This document shows positions 8,587 through 18,459 of a stretch of DNA of 64,000 nucleotides, piece after piece; within the stretch, counting starts at the first letter, position 1; each line of letters starts with the position of its first letter. Position numbers and translations under genes: made by a program. The DNA lies in assembly GCA_035504435.1 (NCBI GenBank), contig DATJRV010000083.1:22242-86241 (forward strand), written 5' to 3'. The notes under the pieces were generated by a model that saw nothing but the letters and a program-made list of their open reading frames with translations, searched no databases and was not told the DNA's origin. This DNA comes from Solirubrobacteraceae bacterium. GTDB taxonomy: Bacteria > Actinomycetota > Thermoleophilia > Solirubrobacterales > Solirubrobacteraceae.

Positions 8587-10089
8587 ATGCGTCTGCAACT
8601 CCCCGCAAGGCAAGGCAAGGATGCAGCCGCCGATCGCGCGGTCACGGTTGCGGATGTGACGCGAGCGCTGCGCGCGCAGCTCGGGGGAGTGCTGTCTGCT
8701 TCGCTCGCGCAGCAGCTCTTCTGGCTGGCCGAGGCGCTCCTGTTGGGCGGCGCCGTGACGGCGGCGACACTCCTCTCGCGCGCCGAGGAATGGCAGCCGC
8801 TGGTGCTCGTGGGGATGCTGCTCGTGCTCGCGCTGGGCGGTGACTGGCTGAGCATCGAGATCCGGATCGGGCAGCTGAGCGCGTCGATGGTGGCGCTCGT
8901 GCTCGCGATGAGCCTGCTGGGGCCGGCTCCCGCGGTGGCGTTCGGGCTCGCCGCGATCACGCTCACTTCGGCGATCAGGCGCCTGCGCGCAAGTCAGTGG
9001 CTGAACAACTTGGCGATGTTCGCCGTCGTCCCGCTCCTGGGAGGCCTGATGGTGCGCGCGCTGGCGGGCGACGTGCACAGCCCCCACGACCAGCACCTGA
9101 CGCACAGCGTCACGTTCGGGTTGATCGTGATGGGCATGTTCATGGCAATGGTCATATTGAACTTCCTGCTGTTTGCGCTGGACCACCAGTTCGCCGGCGG
9201 CCGCTCGGCCATTCGCCAGACGCGGGAGACCTTCTTTCCGATGCTCCCCGGACAGCTCGCGACGGGCGCGATCGCGACGATCCTCGTGGTCGCCTACACG
9301 AACTCCGGGCTCCCGGTGCTGTTCGCGTCGGTCTTCGCCGTGCTGATCTTCCGCCACCTGACGGTGGCGCTGCTGCGCTCTGAGGACCGCGCCGACCAGC
9401 TCGAAGCGCGCACCATCCACCTGGTCTCGCTGCAGCTCGGCGTGCTGCGAACGCTGGTGAGGGCGCTGAGCATGCGCGACGAGACAACGGGACGCCACGC
9501 GGCAGCGGTCGCCCGCTACGCCCGAGAGCTCGCGAAAGAGGTCGGCGCGGGCGAGGACGAGCAGGACACGGTGCACACCGCCGGCCTGCTGCACGACATC
9601 GGCAAGTTCACGTGGCCCGACCAGGTGCTGCACGCCGAGGTGGTCGGCCAGGAGGACCAGGCGATCGTGCGACGCCACCCTCAAGACGGGGCGGAGCTCG
9701 TGGGGGCGCTCGACGGCTACGGACCTGTGGCGGACACGATTCTCTACCACCACGAGCGGGTTGACGGGAGCGGCTACCCAGCCGGGCTGATCGGCAAGGA
9801 GATCCCACTCGGCTCGCGCATCCTCGCGATCTGCTGCACGTATGACACGATGACCCAGCGGGGCAGCTACCGGCCGCCGATGAGCCCGGCGGAAGCGATG
9901 GGCGAGTTGAGGATCGCGGCTGAACGCGGACAGCTCGATCGTGAGCTGGTCGAGACCTTCATCGGCATGCTCGAGCGCGAGGGACCCACATTCGGACATC
10001 GCGAGAGCACCGACTTCGACACCGAGCTCGCGTTCGGCCGGCGCGTGCGCGAAATGGCCTCGCCGTCGGGCCGGCACGACAAAGCATAA
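8587..10089 (+). CDS. Membrane-anchored HD-GYP c-di-GMP phosphodiesterase
   Basis: Multi-TM N-terminus, then RDETTGRH, HDIGK, HHERVDGSGYPAGL, IPLGSRILAI..YDTMT. Confidence 0.92.
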   Translation: MRLQLPARQGKDAAADRAVTVADVTRALRAQLGGVLSASLAQQLFWLAEALLLGGAVTAATLLSRAEEWQPLVLVGMLLVLALGGDWLSIEIRIGQLSASMVALVLAMSLLGPAPAVAFGLAAITLTSAIRRLRASQWLNNLAMFAVVPLLGGLMVRALAGDVHSPHDQHLTHSVTFGLIVMGMFMAMVILNFLLFALDHQFAGGRSAIRQTRETFFPMLPGQLATGAIATILVVAYTNSGLPVLFASVFAVLIFRHLTVALLRSEDRADQLEARTIHLVSLQLGVLRTLVRALSMRDETTGRHAAAVARYARELAKEVGAGEDEQDTVHTAGLLHDIGKFTWPDQVLHAEVVGQEDQAIVRRHPQDGAELVGALDGYGPVADTILYHHERVDGSGYPAGLIGKEIPLGSRILAICCTYDTMTQRGSYRPPMSPAEAMGELRIAAERGQLDRELVETFIGMLEREGPTFGHRESTDFDTELAFGRRVREMASPSGRHDKA

Positions 10090-10507
10090 GGACGTCCGCA
10101 GCGGATCACATCCCGCCGCGAAACGCCCTTACGTGGCACAACGGTCACTCGTGACCATTGCTACAAACTCCCTTTAGTGCTTGTAAAATTCCGCCATCGG
10201 GATTCTCCTTCTCGTTGACGAAAGGCGGTCACCAGCGACTCCATCCCCAGGACGACCGCTAACCCTTGAGTAGGTTTGGCAAGACTAGCGTACCTGCGAC
10301 TGAAATGTCCAGTTTGCGCACCTTTGTGCAGGGGTACTGTCAATTGAGGCGCTTTCCCTTTGCTGGACAGGGAAAACTGGCTGCCCAGCTGGCGCCGGCA
10401 CCGCCGGGCGTGGGCGCCAAACGTCCGCAAAAGTGCGCGGTGCTCAAGTTTTGGGTGGGCAAGGACGACACATAACGCAGCGATCCCCAACCGACTTGAG
10501 GCCAGTC

Positions 10508-10771
10508 ATGTCACTTCCCGCCCCACCCCCACCCCGCCGCAGCGAGCGCCAGCTGGTGTTCACGAGCTCTCAGGCAGCCCGCTATCTGGGCGTGTCGCTG
10601 GCGACCGTCCGCCGCTGGACGGACGCCGGGCACGTCGCCTGCTACCGCACGCCGGGAGGCCAGCGGCGCTTCTCGCGCGCGCAGCTGGACGACTTCATCG
10701 CGTCGATGCAGCGCACGGGACCTGTGGCGGAACCGCAGGTGACCGACCGGCGCGGCGCGCGTGTGGCGTAG
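10508..10771 (+). CDS. BldC/Xis-like MerR-type winged-HTH protein
   Basis: FTSSQAARYLGVSLATVRRWTDAGHVACYRTPGGQRRFSRAQL matches the BldC/HTH_17 pattern. Confidence 0.88.
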   Translation: MSLPAPPPPRRSERQLVFTSSQAARYLGVSLATVRRWTDAGHVACYRTPGGQRRFSRAQLDDFIASMQRTGPVAEPQVTDRRGARVA

Positions 10772-10772
10772 C

Positions 10773-11735
10773 TCAGCTGGCGAGACGCCCGAACTTCTCG
10801 CGCAGCCGCCGATAGAAGGAGGAGCCGGGCAGCTGGGCGATGGTGCCGACGTCGTTGACGAAGCGCGCGTGGATGTGCCCGGCGGGCGGGATCTCGCACG
10901 CTGGGCGCCCGTCGACGGCGACGTCGAGCGGCTCGCGCGAGCGGTTGAAGATGGTGAGCCGGTCGTCGGGGGCGACGACGAGCGCGCGCGCGCTCATGGA
11001 GTGGGGCGCGATGAACGACACGACGAAGCCCTCGACGCCCCACGCCATCACGGGCCCGCCGTTGGCGAGGTTGTAGCCGGTGGAGCCGGCGGGCGTGGCG
11101 ACGACGAGGCCGTCGCAGCGCACGCTGCCGGCCTCCTCGCCGTCGAGCGCGTACGCGAGCTCGGCCACCCGCTCGCCGACCTTGCGGTGGATGGCGACGT
11201 CGTTGACGGCGGTGAGGCCGTCGACGCAGCCCGCGCCGCCGGCTGGCGGGCCGCTGGATGCGGGGCCGCCGCCTGCCTGGCCGCTGGACGCCGGGCCGCC
11301 GGCCGACGCGTCGCCGGCTGGCGGGCCGCCGTCCGCCGGGCTGGGCGGGTCGAGCACGATGGCGGGCAGGCGCAGCAGCTCGAACTCCCCGCTGAGCGCG
11401 CGGCGCACGCCGTCCTCGATGTCCGTCGGCTCGACGGTGGCGAGGAAGCCGATCTCGCCGAAGTTGATGGCGAACACGGGCACTCGGGTGTGCGCGTAGG
11501 CCTGCAGGGCGCGCAGGATGGTGCCGTCGCCGCCGAGCACGACGCACAGCTCGACGTCGTCCTTGGTGGGCGCGTTGACGAACATCCCAGGGCCGTTCAC
11601 GAGCTTGTGCTTGAGCGTCTCCTCCGCGTCGAAGCGCAGCGTGACGCCGGCTTGGATGGCGCGCGTGACGAGCACGCGCAGCGCGGCGGCGGTGTCGTCG
11701 GCGCGGCGGTGCGTGAGCACGGTCATTTCTCTCAT
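10773..11735 (-). CDS. nadK: NAD kinase
   Basis: LGGDGTILRA, INFGEIGFL, NDVAI, DGLVVATPAGSTGYNLANGGP. Confidence 0.96.
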   Translation of the reverse strand: MREMTVLTHRRADDTAAALRVLVTRAIQAGVTLRFDAEETLKHKLVNGPGMFVNAPTKDDVELCVVLGGDGTILRALQAYAHTRVPVFAINFGEIGFLATVEPTDIEDGVRRALSGEFELLRLPAIVLDPPSPADGGPPAGDASAGGPASSGQAGGGPASSGPPAGGAGCVDGLTAVNDVAIHRKVGERVAELAYALDGEEAGSVRCDGLVVATPAGSTGYNLANGGPVMAWGVEGFVVSFIAPHSMSARALVVAPDDRLTIFNRSREPLDVAVDGRPACEIPPAGHIHARFVNDVGTIAQLPGSSFYRRLREKFGRLAS

Positions 11736-12622
11736 GGCTCGACCTGGCGGACGATTGCGTGCACCGCTGCAGCATCGCGCACGCCGCGCATGCTCGCGGG
11801 GTCCCCCTCCGGGGGCGCTGCGGTGAGCCACAGGAAGCTCTCGCGGTTGCCCTTCGGGCCGGGCAGGCCGGAGGAGTAGCAGCCGACGACCGCGGCGCCC
11901 AGCGCGAGCGCGGCCTCGCCGACGCCGATCAGCGCCTCGCGCCGGTCCTCGCTGGAGCGCACGACGCCGCCTTTGCCCACGCGCCCGCGCCCAAGCTCGA
12001 ACTGCGGCTTGACCAGCGCGAACACGTCGTAGGGGGGCGCGAGGCAGCTGAGCACGGCGGTGAGGACCTTATTTATAGATATGAAGGAGACGTCGATCGT
12101 GGCGAGATCCGGCGGTTGGTGTGCTGGAGCGTGTGCCTTGGCGCTCACGGCGCCGAGCAGCGCGGGTGAGAGAGCGCGGGCGTTGGTGCGCTCGAGGACG
12201 AGCACGCGGGGGTCGCTGCGCAGGCGGTAGTCGAGCGTGCCGTAGCCGACATCCACGGCGATCACCGAGCGCGCGCCGCGTTGCAGCAGGCAGTCGGTGA
12301 AGCCACCGGTGGAGGCGCCGACGTCGAGCGCGCGCCGGCCGCGCACCTGCAGGCCGCTGGCGTCGAGCGCGTTGGCGAGCTTGATGCCGCCGCGCGAGAC
12401 GTACGCAGGGCGGGTGGCGAGGCGCACGCGGGCCTCTACGTCCACGAGCTCCCCCGGCTTCTGTGCGCGCCGCTCGCCGGCGGCGGCGTCGCCGACGGCG
12501 GGGCGCGCGGACTGCACGAACACCTCGCCGGCCATCACCGACGCGGCGGCGCGGCTGCGCGACGGGAACAGCCCGCGCTCGGCCAGCAGCGCGTCCAGAC
12601 GGAGCTTGCGCGCGCCGGTCAT
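11732..12622 (-). CDS. tlyA: TlyA family rRNA 2'-O-methyltransferase
   Basis: RLDALL S4 domain, YVSRGGIKL, LDVGASTGGFTDCLLQRGA, LVKPQFE, GPKGNRE. Confidence 0.96.
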   Translation of the reverse strand: MTGARKLRLDALLAERGLFPSRSRAAASVMAGEVFVQSARPAVGDAAAGERRAQKPGELVDVEARVRLATRPAYVSRGGIKLANALDASGLQVRGRRALDVGASTGGFTDCLLQRGARSVIAVDVGYGTLDYRLRSDPRVLVLERTNARALSPALLGAVSAKAHAPAHQPPDLATIDVSFISINKVLTAVLSCLAPPYDVFALVKPQFELGRGRVGKGGVVRSSEDRREALIGVGEAALALGAAVVGCYSSGLPGPKGNRESFLWLTAAPPEGDPASMRGVRDAAAVHAIVRQVEP

Positions 12623-12790
12623 GCCTGCTCTCTGTGATCGATCTCACACACGCAAACGGACAACGCAGGCATCATGATCGGTGATCGAGAGGGCAGCATC
12701 GACTCTCCTGAATCCCTCCTCCCCGAAACGGCCCGCTTTCCCCGGCGGGTCGTTTCATTTAAGCGCCTCGACGTGGCCGCCGCGGCTCGC

Positions 12791-14911
12791 TCAGGCGCCG
12801 ACGATCGCGGGGCCGGCCCCCTGCTCCTGCGAGCCCCCGGCGCGCGGCGTGCCGCCGAGGATGCGCCCGCCGCTGCGCGCGCCGACGGCGGCGCTCACGC
12901 GCTCGACGATGCGCGCGGCGGTGAAGCCGACCTGCTCGTGCAGCAGCGCGGGCTTGCCGTGGGTCACGTACTCGTCGGGCAGCCCCACGCGCAGGACGGA
13001 GGTGCTGCCGGCGCCGGCGTCGCCCAGCGTCTCCAACACGGCCGAGCCGAAGCCGCCGGCGAGCACGCCCTCCTCGACCGTCACCAGCAGGTCGTGCTCG
13101 GCGGCCAGCTGGGCCATCAGCCCGGCGTCGATGGGCTTGGCGAAGCGCGCGTCGGCGACGGTCACGGCGATGTTGCGCAGCACGAGCTCGTCGGCGGCTT
13201 CCAGCGCCTTGCCGACGCCGGTGCCGTAGCCGATCAGCGCCACCCTGGGCGCCTGGGCGCCGGCGCCCACGCGGTTGGCGCGCGCTGCGGGCGTGGCGGC
13301 CTCGCGCAGGATCTCGCCGGTGCCGATGGCGATCGCGTGCGCCACTGTGGGCAGCGGCGTGCCGGTCCCCTCGCCGCGCGGGTAGCGCAGGGCGATCGGG
13401 CCGGCGTCGTGGTCGACGGCGGTGCGCAGCATGTGCACGAGCATCGCCTCGTCGCGCGGGGCCATCAGCACGATGTTGGGCAGGCAGCGCAGGTAGGCGA
13501 TGTCGAAGGCGCCGTGGTGGGTGGGGCCGTCGTCGCCGACGAGCCCCGCGCGGTCCATGGCGAACACGACGTTCAGCTTCTGCAGGCACACGTCGTGGAC
13601 GATCTGGTCGTAGGCGCGCTGCAGGAACGTGGAGTAGATGGCGGCCACCGGCTTGACGCCCTCCAGGGCGAGGCCGGCGGCGAACAGGATCGCCTGCTGC
13701 TCGGCGATGCCGACGTCGAAGTAGCGCTCGGGCATCGCCTTCTGCAGGAGCGACAGGCCGGTGCCGGAGTTCATGGCGGCGGTGATGCCCACGACGCGCT
13801 CCTCACGTTCGCATTCGCGCACGAGCGCCTCGCCGAACACCTGCGTGTACTGCGGCGGCGGGGCGGGCGCGCCCTTGCGCGCGCCGTTTCGCGCGGGGCG
13901 GGTGGGCGTGCCGTTGAGGATCGACTTGGGCTTGGCGGCGTGCCACTTCTCCATGCCCTCCAGCCCGCCTTCCTCGGCGGGCGCGAAGCCCTTGCCCTTG
14001 ACGGTGGCGATGTGCACGACGACGGGGCGCTCGGCGGCGAGCGCCTCGCGCAGCGCCTCACGCAGCGCGCGCGTGTCGTGCCCGTCGATCACGCCCATGT
14101 ACGCCCAGTCGAGCTCCTCCCACCACAGGCCGGGCGCCCAGAAGGCCTTGATCGACTCCTTCAGGTGCGGCCCCAGGCGCTCGAAGGCGGCGCCGATGCC
14201 GATCGGCAGGCGGGTGAGCCCGCCCTCGATGTCCGCGCGCGCGCGCCACAGCTTGGGGTTGAGGCGCACGCGGTTGAAGTAGCGGGAGATGGCGCCGACG
14301 TTGGGGGCGATGGACATGCCGTTGTCGTTGAGCACGACCACGATCGGCGTGCCGAGGCCGCCGGCCTGGCTGATCGCCTCGAAGGCCACGCCGCCGGTCA
14401 TGGCGCCGTCGCCGATCACGGCCACCACCTTGCCGGCCTCGGCGCCGCCCACCTGGCGCATGCCCTCCTTGATGCCGACGGCGTAGCCGATGGAGGTGGA
14501 GGCGTGTCCGGCGCCCATGATGTCGTGCTCGGACTCCGCGCGTGAGCAGAACGGCGCGAGCCCGCCATACTGGCGGATCGTGCTCAGCTGGTCGCGCCGG
14601 CCGGTGAGCACCTTGTGCGGGTAGGCCTGGTGGCCGACGTCCCACAGGATCTTGTCCTTGGGCGATTCCAGCACGGAGTGCAACGCGACGGCGAGCTCGC
14701 AGGTGCCGAGGTTGGCGCCGAAATGCCCGCCGATCTCGCCGACGGTGTCGATGATGTGCTCGCGCACCTCCTGCGCGAGCTGGGCGAGCTCCTGCTCGGA
14801 GAGCCCGTGCAGGTCTGCCGGCCCGTTGACGCGCTGCAGCAGCGTGCGCCGGGCGAGCGTCTGCCCGGTGGCGGTCGCGCCTGCGTTCGTGTCTGGGTGC
14901 TTGCGGCTCAT
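12791..14911 (-). CDS. dxs: 1-deoxy-D-xylulose-5-phosphate synthase
   Basis: GGHFGANLG, WDVGHQAYPHK, GDGAMTGG..FEA, LNDNGMSI, DVGIAEQ, DRAGLVGDDGPTHHG. Confidence 0.98.
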   Translation of the reverse strand: MSRKHPDTNAGATATGQTLARRTLLQRVNGPADLHGLSEQELAQLAQEVREHIIDTVGEIGGHFGANLGTCELAVALHSVLESPKDKILWDVGHQAYPHKVLTGRRDQLSTIRQYGGLAPFCSRAESEHDIMGAGHASTSIGYAVGIKEGMRQVGGAEAGKVVAVIGDGAMTGGVAFEAISQAGGLGTPIVVVLNDNGMSIAPNVGAISRYFNRVRLNPKLWRARADIEGGLTRLPIGIGAAFERLGPHLKESIKAFWAPGLWWEELDWAYMGVIDGHDTRALREALREALAAERPVVVHIATVKGKGFAPAEEGGLEGMEKWHAAKPKSILNGTPTRPARNGARKGAPAPPPQYTQVFGEALVRECEREERVVGITAAMNSGTGLSLLQKAMPERYFDVGIAEQQAILFAAGLALEGVKPVAAIYSTFLQRAYDQIVHDVCLQKLNVVFAMDRAGLVGDDGPTHHGAFDIAYLRCLPNIVLMAPRDEAMLVHMLRTAVDHDAGPIALRYPRGEGTGTPLPTVAHAIAIGTGEILREAATPAARANRVGAGAQAPRVALIGYGTGVGKALEAADELVLRNIAVTVADARFAKPIDAGLMAQLAAEHDLLVTVEEGVLAGGFGSAVLETLGDAGAGSTSVLRVGLPDEYVTHGKPALLHEQVGFTAARIVERVSAAVGARSGGRILGGTPRAGGSQEQGAGPAIVGA

Positions 14912-15855
14912 GAGGTGCGGGTGAAGATGAAGTCGGCGATGCCCTCGAGCTCGGCGGTGGAGCTCCCGGCCGGTGCTCGCTCGGCCACCTCGGCGAGCGC
15001 GGCGCGCGCGGTGCGGTGCGACTCGCCGGCAAGCTCCCTGGCGCGCTCGATCCCGAACACGCTCACGTACGTACGCTTCCCGTGGCGCTCGTCACTGCCT
15101 CGTGGCTTGCCCAGTGCATCATCGGTTCCGGTCACGTCAAGTATGTCGTCAACGATCTGGAACAAAACGCCCAGCTCAGCGGCGAAGCGCTGAAACGGGG
15201 CGACGTGCGCTGGATCGTCGATCCCCGTCAACAGTAGTACGCAGAGCACGGACGCGCCGATCAGACGTCCAGTCTTGAGCTCGTGCAGCCGCCTGAGCGC
15301 GGTGGGACCGGGATCTTCGGGGGCCTTCACGTCGGCGTACTGGCCGCCGACCATGCCGTCCACGCCGGTGGCCGCGGCGAGCTCGGCGGCGGCGGCGAGC
15401 ACCCGCTGGGGGGCGGATCGGCGGCTGGAGAGCAGGTGGTGGAAGGCCTCCGCGTACAGGCCGTCGCCGGCGAGGATGGCGACGTCCTCGCCGAACTTCA
15501 CGTGGCAGGTGGGCGCGCCGCGGCGCAGCTCGTCGTCGTCCATCGCCGGCAGGTCGTCGTGGATCAGCGAGTACGTGTGGATCAACTCGATCGCGCCGGC
15601 CAGCGGCAGCACCGCGGCCTGGTCGAGGCCGACGGTGCGCGCGGTCGCCAGCGCGAGCACCGGGCGGATGCGCTTGCCGCCGGCGAGCAGCGAGTAGCGC
15701 ATCGCCTCCTCCAGGCCGCGCGTGATCGACTCGGCGGAGAAGCGCATGTCCGCCAGGTAGCGCTCGACCTGCTCGCGCAGGTGTTCGGGGAAGCCGGCGC
15801 TCCCGGCGGGGAAGCCGGCGCTCCCGGCGGGGAAGCCGCCGCTCGCCTCGCTCAT
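14908..15855 (-). CDS. ispA: Polyprenyl (farnesyl/geranylgeranyl) diphosphate synthase
   Basis: GGKRIRP, HTYSLIHDDLPAMDDDELRRG, FQIVDDILD, GKRTY. Confidence 0.96.
   Translation of the reverse strand: MSEASGGFPAGSAGFPAGSAGFPEHLREQVERYLADMRFSAESITRGLEEAMRYSLLAGGKRIRPVLALATARTVGLDQAAVLPLAGAIELIHTYSLIHDDLPAMDDDELRRGAPTCHVKFGEDVAILAGDGLYAEAFHHLLSSRRSAPQRVLAAAAELAAATGVDGMVGGQYADVKAPEDPGPTALRRLHELKTGRLIGASVLCVLLLTGIDDPAHVAPFQRFAAELGVLFQIVDDILDVTGTDDALGKPRGSDERHGKRTYVSVFGIERARELAGESHRTARAALAEVAERAPAGSSTAELEGIADFIFTRTS
15787..15838. repeat. 21-bp tandem repeat (about 2.5 copies) encoding GFPAGSA in the IspA N-terminus
   Basis: ggggaagccggcgctcccggc at 15787 and 15808, partial copy at 15829. Confidence 0.9.
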
Positions 15856-15916
15856 CCCCGCGCACGCCCGTTTCGCTGGGCTCGGGCGCGCGGCGAGTGC
15901 AGCCGGGCGGCCACCT

Positions 15917-16123
15917 CTAGAGCAGCGTGTCCTGGCCTGGCGCGGGCGCCGGGACCTCGACGCGCGTGAGCTGCTCGAGCTCGGCGGCCGCCTGCGTGGC
16001 CAGTGAGGCACAGTCCTCGACCATCGTCGCCGCGGCGTCTGGCGAGAGCTCGCCGGAGCGCAGCTGCTCGCCCGCGCGCTCCAGGCGCGCGATCAGCTCG
16101 TCCAGGCGCTCGACGCTGCTCAT
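15917..16123 (-). CDS. xseB: Exodeoxyribonuclease VII small subunit-like protein
   Basis: ERLDELIARLERAGEQLRSGELS coiled coil, in the canonical nusB-xseB-ispA-dxs position. Confidence 0.7.
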   Translation of the reverse strand: MSSVERLDELIARLERAGEQLRSGELSPDAAATMVEDCASLATQAAAELEQLTRVEVPAPAPGQDTLL

Positions 16124-16136
16124 TGCACGGGGTTGG

Positions 16137-16550
16137 TCATTGGACACGCGCATTCTCGCGCACCTCGCGCAAAGCTGCGGCGAGCACGCCGTTGACGAAC
16201 GCGGGCGCCTCGGAGCCGCAGAAGGTCTTGGCGCTCTCCACCGCCTCCTCGATCGCCCCCTCGGCGGGTATCGGCTGCTCGGCGGGGACGGCGTCGGGAT
16301 GCAGCATCTCGACGAGCGCCACGCGCATGATGCTGCGCTCGAGCGGTTGGATGCGCGTGACCGACCAGCCGTGGGCGTGACGGTCGATCACCTCGTCGAG
16401 CTCCTCGCAGCGGTCGGCGGCGGCGTGGGCGAGCGCGCGCACGAACAGCGACGCGTCCGGGCTGAGCGTCTGCGCGAGCGGCCGGCCGGTGAGGTCGTGC
16501 TGGTAGAGCGCGATCACCGCGGCCCGGCGCTGCTCGGAGCGGCGCGGCAT
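16137..16550 (-). CDS. nusB: Transcription antitermination factor NusB
   Basis: RRSEQRRAAVIALYQ, IDRHAHGWSVTRIQPLERSIMR, FVNGVL. Confidence 0.95.
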   Translation of the reverse strand: MPRRSEQRRAAVIALYQHDLTGRPLAQTLSPDASLFVRALAHAAADRCEELDEVIDRHAHGWSVTRIQPLERSIMRVALVEMLHPDAVPAEQPIPAEGAIEEAVESAKTFCGSEAPAFVNGVLAAALREVRENARVQ

Positions 16551-17114
16551 CTACGCCCGCGCTACGTATTCGCCGGAGCGCGTGTCCACGCGAATGCGCT
16601 GCCCCGGCTCGACGAACAGCGGCACGTGGACCACCGCCCCCGTCTCGAGCGTCGCCGGCTTGGTGCCGCCGCTGGAGACCGTGTCGCCGCGCACGCCGGG
16701 ATCGGTCTGCGAGACCTCCAGGTCGACGGCGCTCGGCAGCTGCAGGTCAGACGGCTGGTCGTCGATGAACAGCACGTCCACCTCGCTGCTCGGCGTGATC
16801 CAGCGCAGCGCGTCCGCGACCGCCGACTCGGGTATCGCGATCTGCTCGTAGGACTGGCTGTCCATGAAGTGCGCGTCGGAGCCGTCCGCGTACAGGAACT
16901 GCATGCCGCGCGACTCCGTGCGCACCGCGCGGAACTTCTCGCCCGCGCGAAACGTCTTGTCGATCACCGCCCCGTCGGCGGCGCGGCGCAGCTTGGTGCG
17001 CACGAACGCCCCGCCCTTGCCGGGCTTCACGTGCTGGAACTCGAGGATCTTGAAGACCGTGCCGTCGACCTCGATGTGGTTTCCGTTTTTGAATTGATTT
17101 GTTGAGATCGCCAT
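16551..17114 (-). CDS. efp: Elongation factor P
   Basis: [36 protein letters not shown]. Confidence 0.98.
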   Translation of the reverse strand: MAISTNQFKNGNHIEVDGTVFKILEFQHVKPGKGGAFVRTKLRRAADGAVIDKTFRAGEKFRAVRTESRGMQFLYADGSDAHFMDSQSYEQIAIPESAVADALRWITPSSEVDVLFIDDQPSDLQLPSAVDLEVSQTDPGVRGDTVSSGGTKPATLETGAVVHVPLFVEPGQRIRVDTRSGEYVARA

Positions 17115-17165
17115 CTTCCCTGCAAATCGGCTAGTTTCGATTTGGTTCGGACGGAGCCGCAGCCA

Positions 17166-17606
17166 TCACGCGGAGGGATCGTCTATCCAGAGCGTGCGTA
17201 CGCCCAGCAGCTCGCCGAGACGCTCGAAGTGATGATCGTAGTGCAGTACGTCCAGCCCTGACGCTTGTGCCGCGACGGCGACGGTGATGTCGGTCAGAGG
17301 CAGGCGGTGGGCTCCATGAGAGCCTTCGTCTGCCAACTCGCGCATCGCCGAGAGCACATCTCGCTGCACGGCGCGATCGACCGCTATCTCCCGCAAACCC
17401 GCCAGCGTCCGATCGACTGAGGCGATTCGCTCCGGGTTTGGGGCATCAAAGGTCAGCTCGTAGCGCACGGGCCAGCACCAGGCGAGCTCGCCACGCTCGG
17501 CGGCGGCGAAAAGCAGCTCCCGCGCGCGTGGAACCCGGCGCGCGAGCATCCATGCAGAGGTGTCGGCGAGCACCGCGCCCCGTCCGTCCCACAGCTCGAC
17601 GCTCAC
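17166..17606 (-). CDS. vapC: VapC/PIN-domain toxin
   Basis: VLADTSAW, ELTFD, DITVAVAA, VLHYDHHFERL acidic PIN pattern. Confidence 0.9.
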   Translation of the reverse strand: MSVELWDGRGAVLADTSAWMLARRVPRARELLFAAAERGELAWCWPVRYELTFDAPNPERIASVDRTLAGLREIAVDRAVQRDVLSAMRELADEGSHGAHRLPLTDITVAVAAQASGLDVLHYDHHFERLGELLGVRTLWIDDPSA

Positions 17607-17869
17607 ACGCTGCTCGGAGGTGAGTTGAGCCGATCGATATCCGCCAGATCGAGATCGAACCCGTCCCGGTCCATCGCGGCGAACAGCGCCTCGATCGCCT
17701 CACGACGTCTGCGCCCCGCCTGTAGCTCGACCTCGGCTCCCTCCACCGCAAGCCTCCGCACGAGCGACGCATCGGCCTCCCGCGTGCCCGTCACTGCGCG
17801 CACGCGCTCCAACGCCTCTCCGAGCTCAGGGTCCGCTGTGACGGCGATTCGTGGGTGCTTACTTGGCAT
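17603..17869 (-). CDS. Putative VapB-type antitoxin (RHH-like)
   Basis: MPSKHPRIAVTADPEL..LVRRLAVEGA, 4-nt overlap with the downstream PIN gene. Confidence 0.8.
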   Translation of the reverse strand: MPSKHPRIAVTADPELGEALERVRAVTGTREADASLVRRLAVEGAEVELQAGRRRREAIEALFAAMDRDGFDLDLADIDRLNSPPSSV

Positions 17870-18030
17870 CGCACCCATAGTGTAGCTCGCAGGGGTTACT
17901 CCGGGGCGCCCGATCGACAACGCCGGACATACGAATATTTGGATTCAGCTCTCAACGCCTGGCGGGTGGCTGCCGAACAGGACCGGACGGAATGGTGGCG
18001 AGGGATCGCTGGTCAGGCAACATGGTCCAC

Positions 18031-18329
18031 ATGTAGTTCGTTCACGTGCGCGCCCAACGTCGCGAACGCAGCGACGCTGCAGCCCTCGGCAGCGACTACA
18101 TCGACTTGCTTGCGCCGCTGCTCGCGGTCACAGATGAGCACCTGCGCCGTGGACTGTCGCTGTTCGAGAGCAACGAACGCCTCGGGGCGTTCGACGCCGT
18201 GCTGGCCGCGACCGCGATGGACGTCGACGCCAGCGCGCTGGTGTCCGCCGACGGCGCGTTCGCCGAGATCGCCGGACTCCCTCACGTCCTCCCCGACGAC
18301 GACGGCGTCGAGAAACTCATCAAAGGCTG
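18031..18329 (+). pseudogene. Truncated VapC (PIN) gene
   Basis: ATG TAG then FVHVRAQRRERSDAAALGSDY..LGAFDAVLAA..LVSADGAFAEI. TAG sits where the Glu of QEFVHVR is expected. N-terminal DTT half not found. Confidence 0.75.
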
Positions 18330-18459
18330 ACCGCCGAGCAGCGGGCCTACCGCCTGGACGCTCGGATCTGCCAGCTGAGCTTGCAGCGCCCCGCCCGACG
18401 GATAGGCTCTCGCTGGCCGTGTCCGGCAATCCGCACCCACCCCCGGGAGACACCACGGG

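Noticed and set aside
10245-10325. Second c-di-GMP-I-like riboswitch on the minus strand (GCAAACUGGA..CGCAGG..UAGCGG)
   Set aside because: No tetraloop, GCAAA replaced by GCAGG, and no full-length gene downstream. Too degenerate to call.
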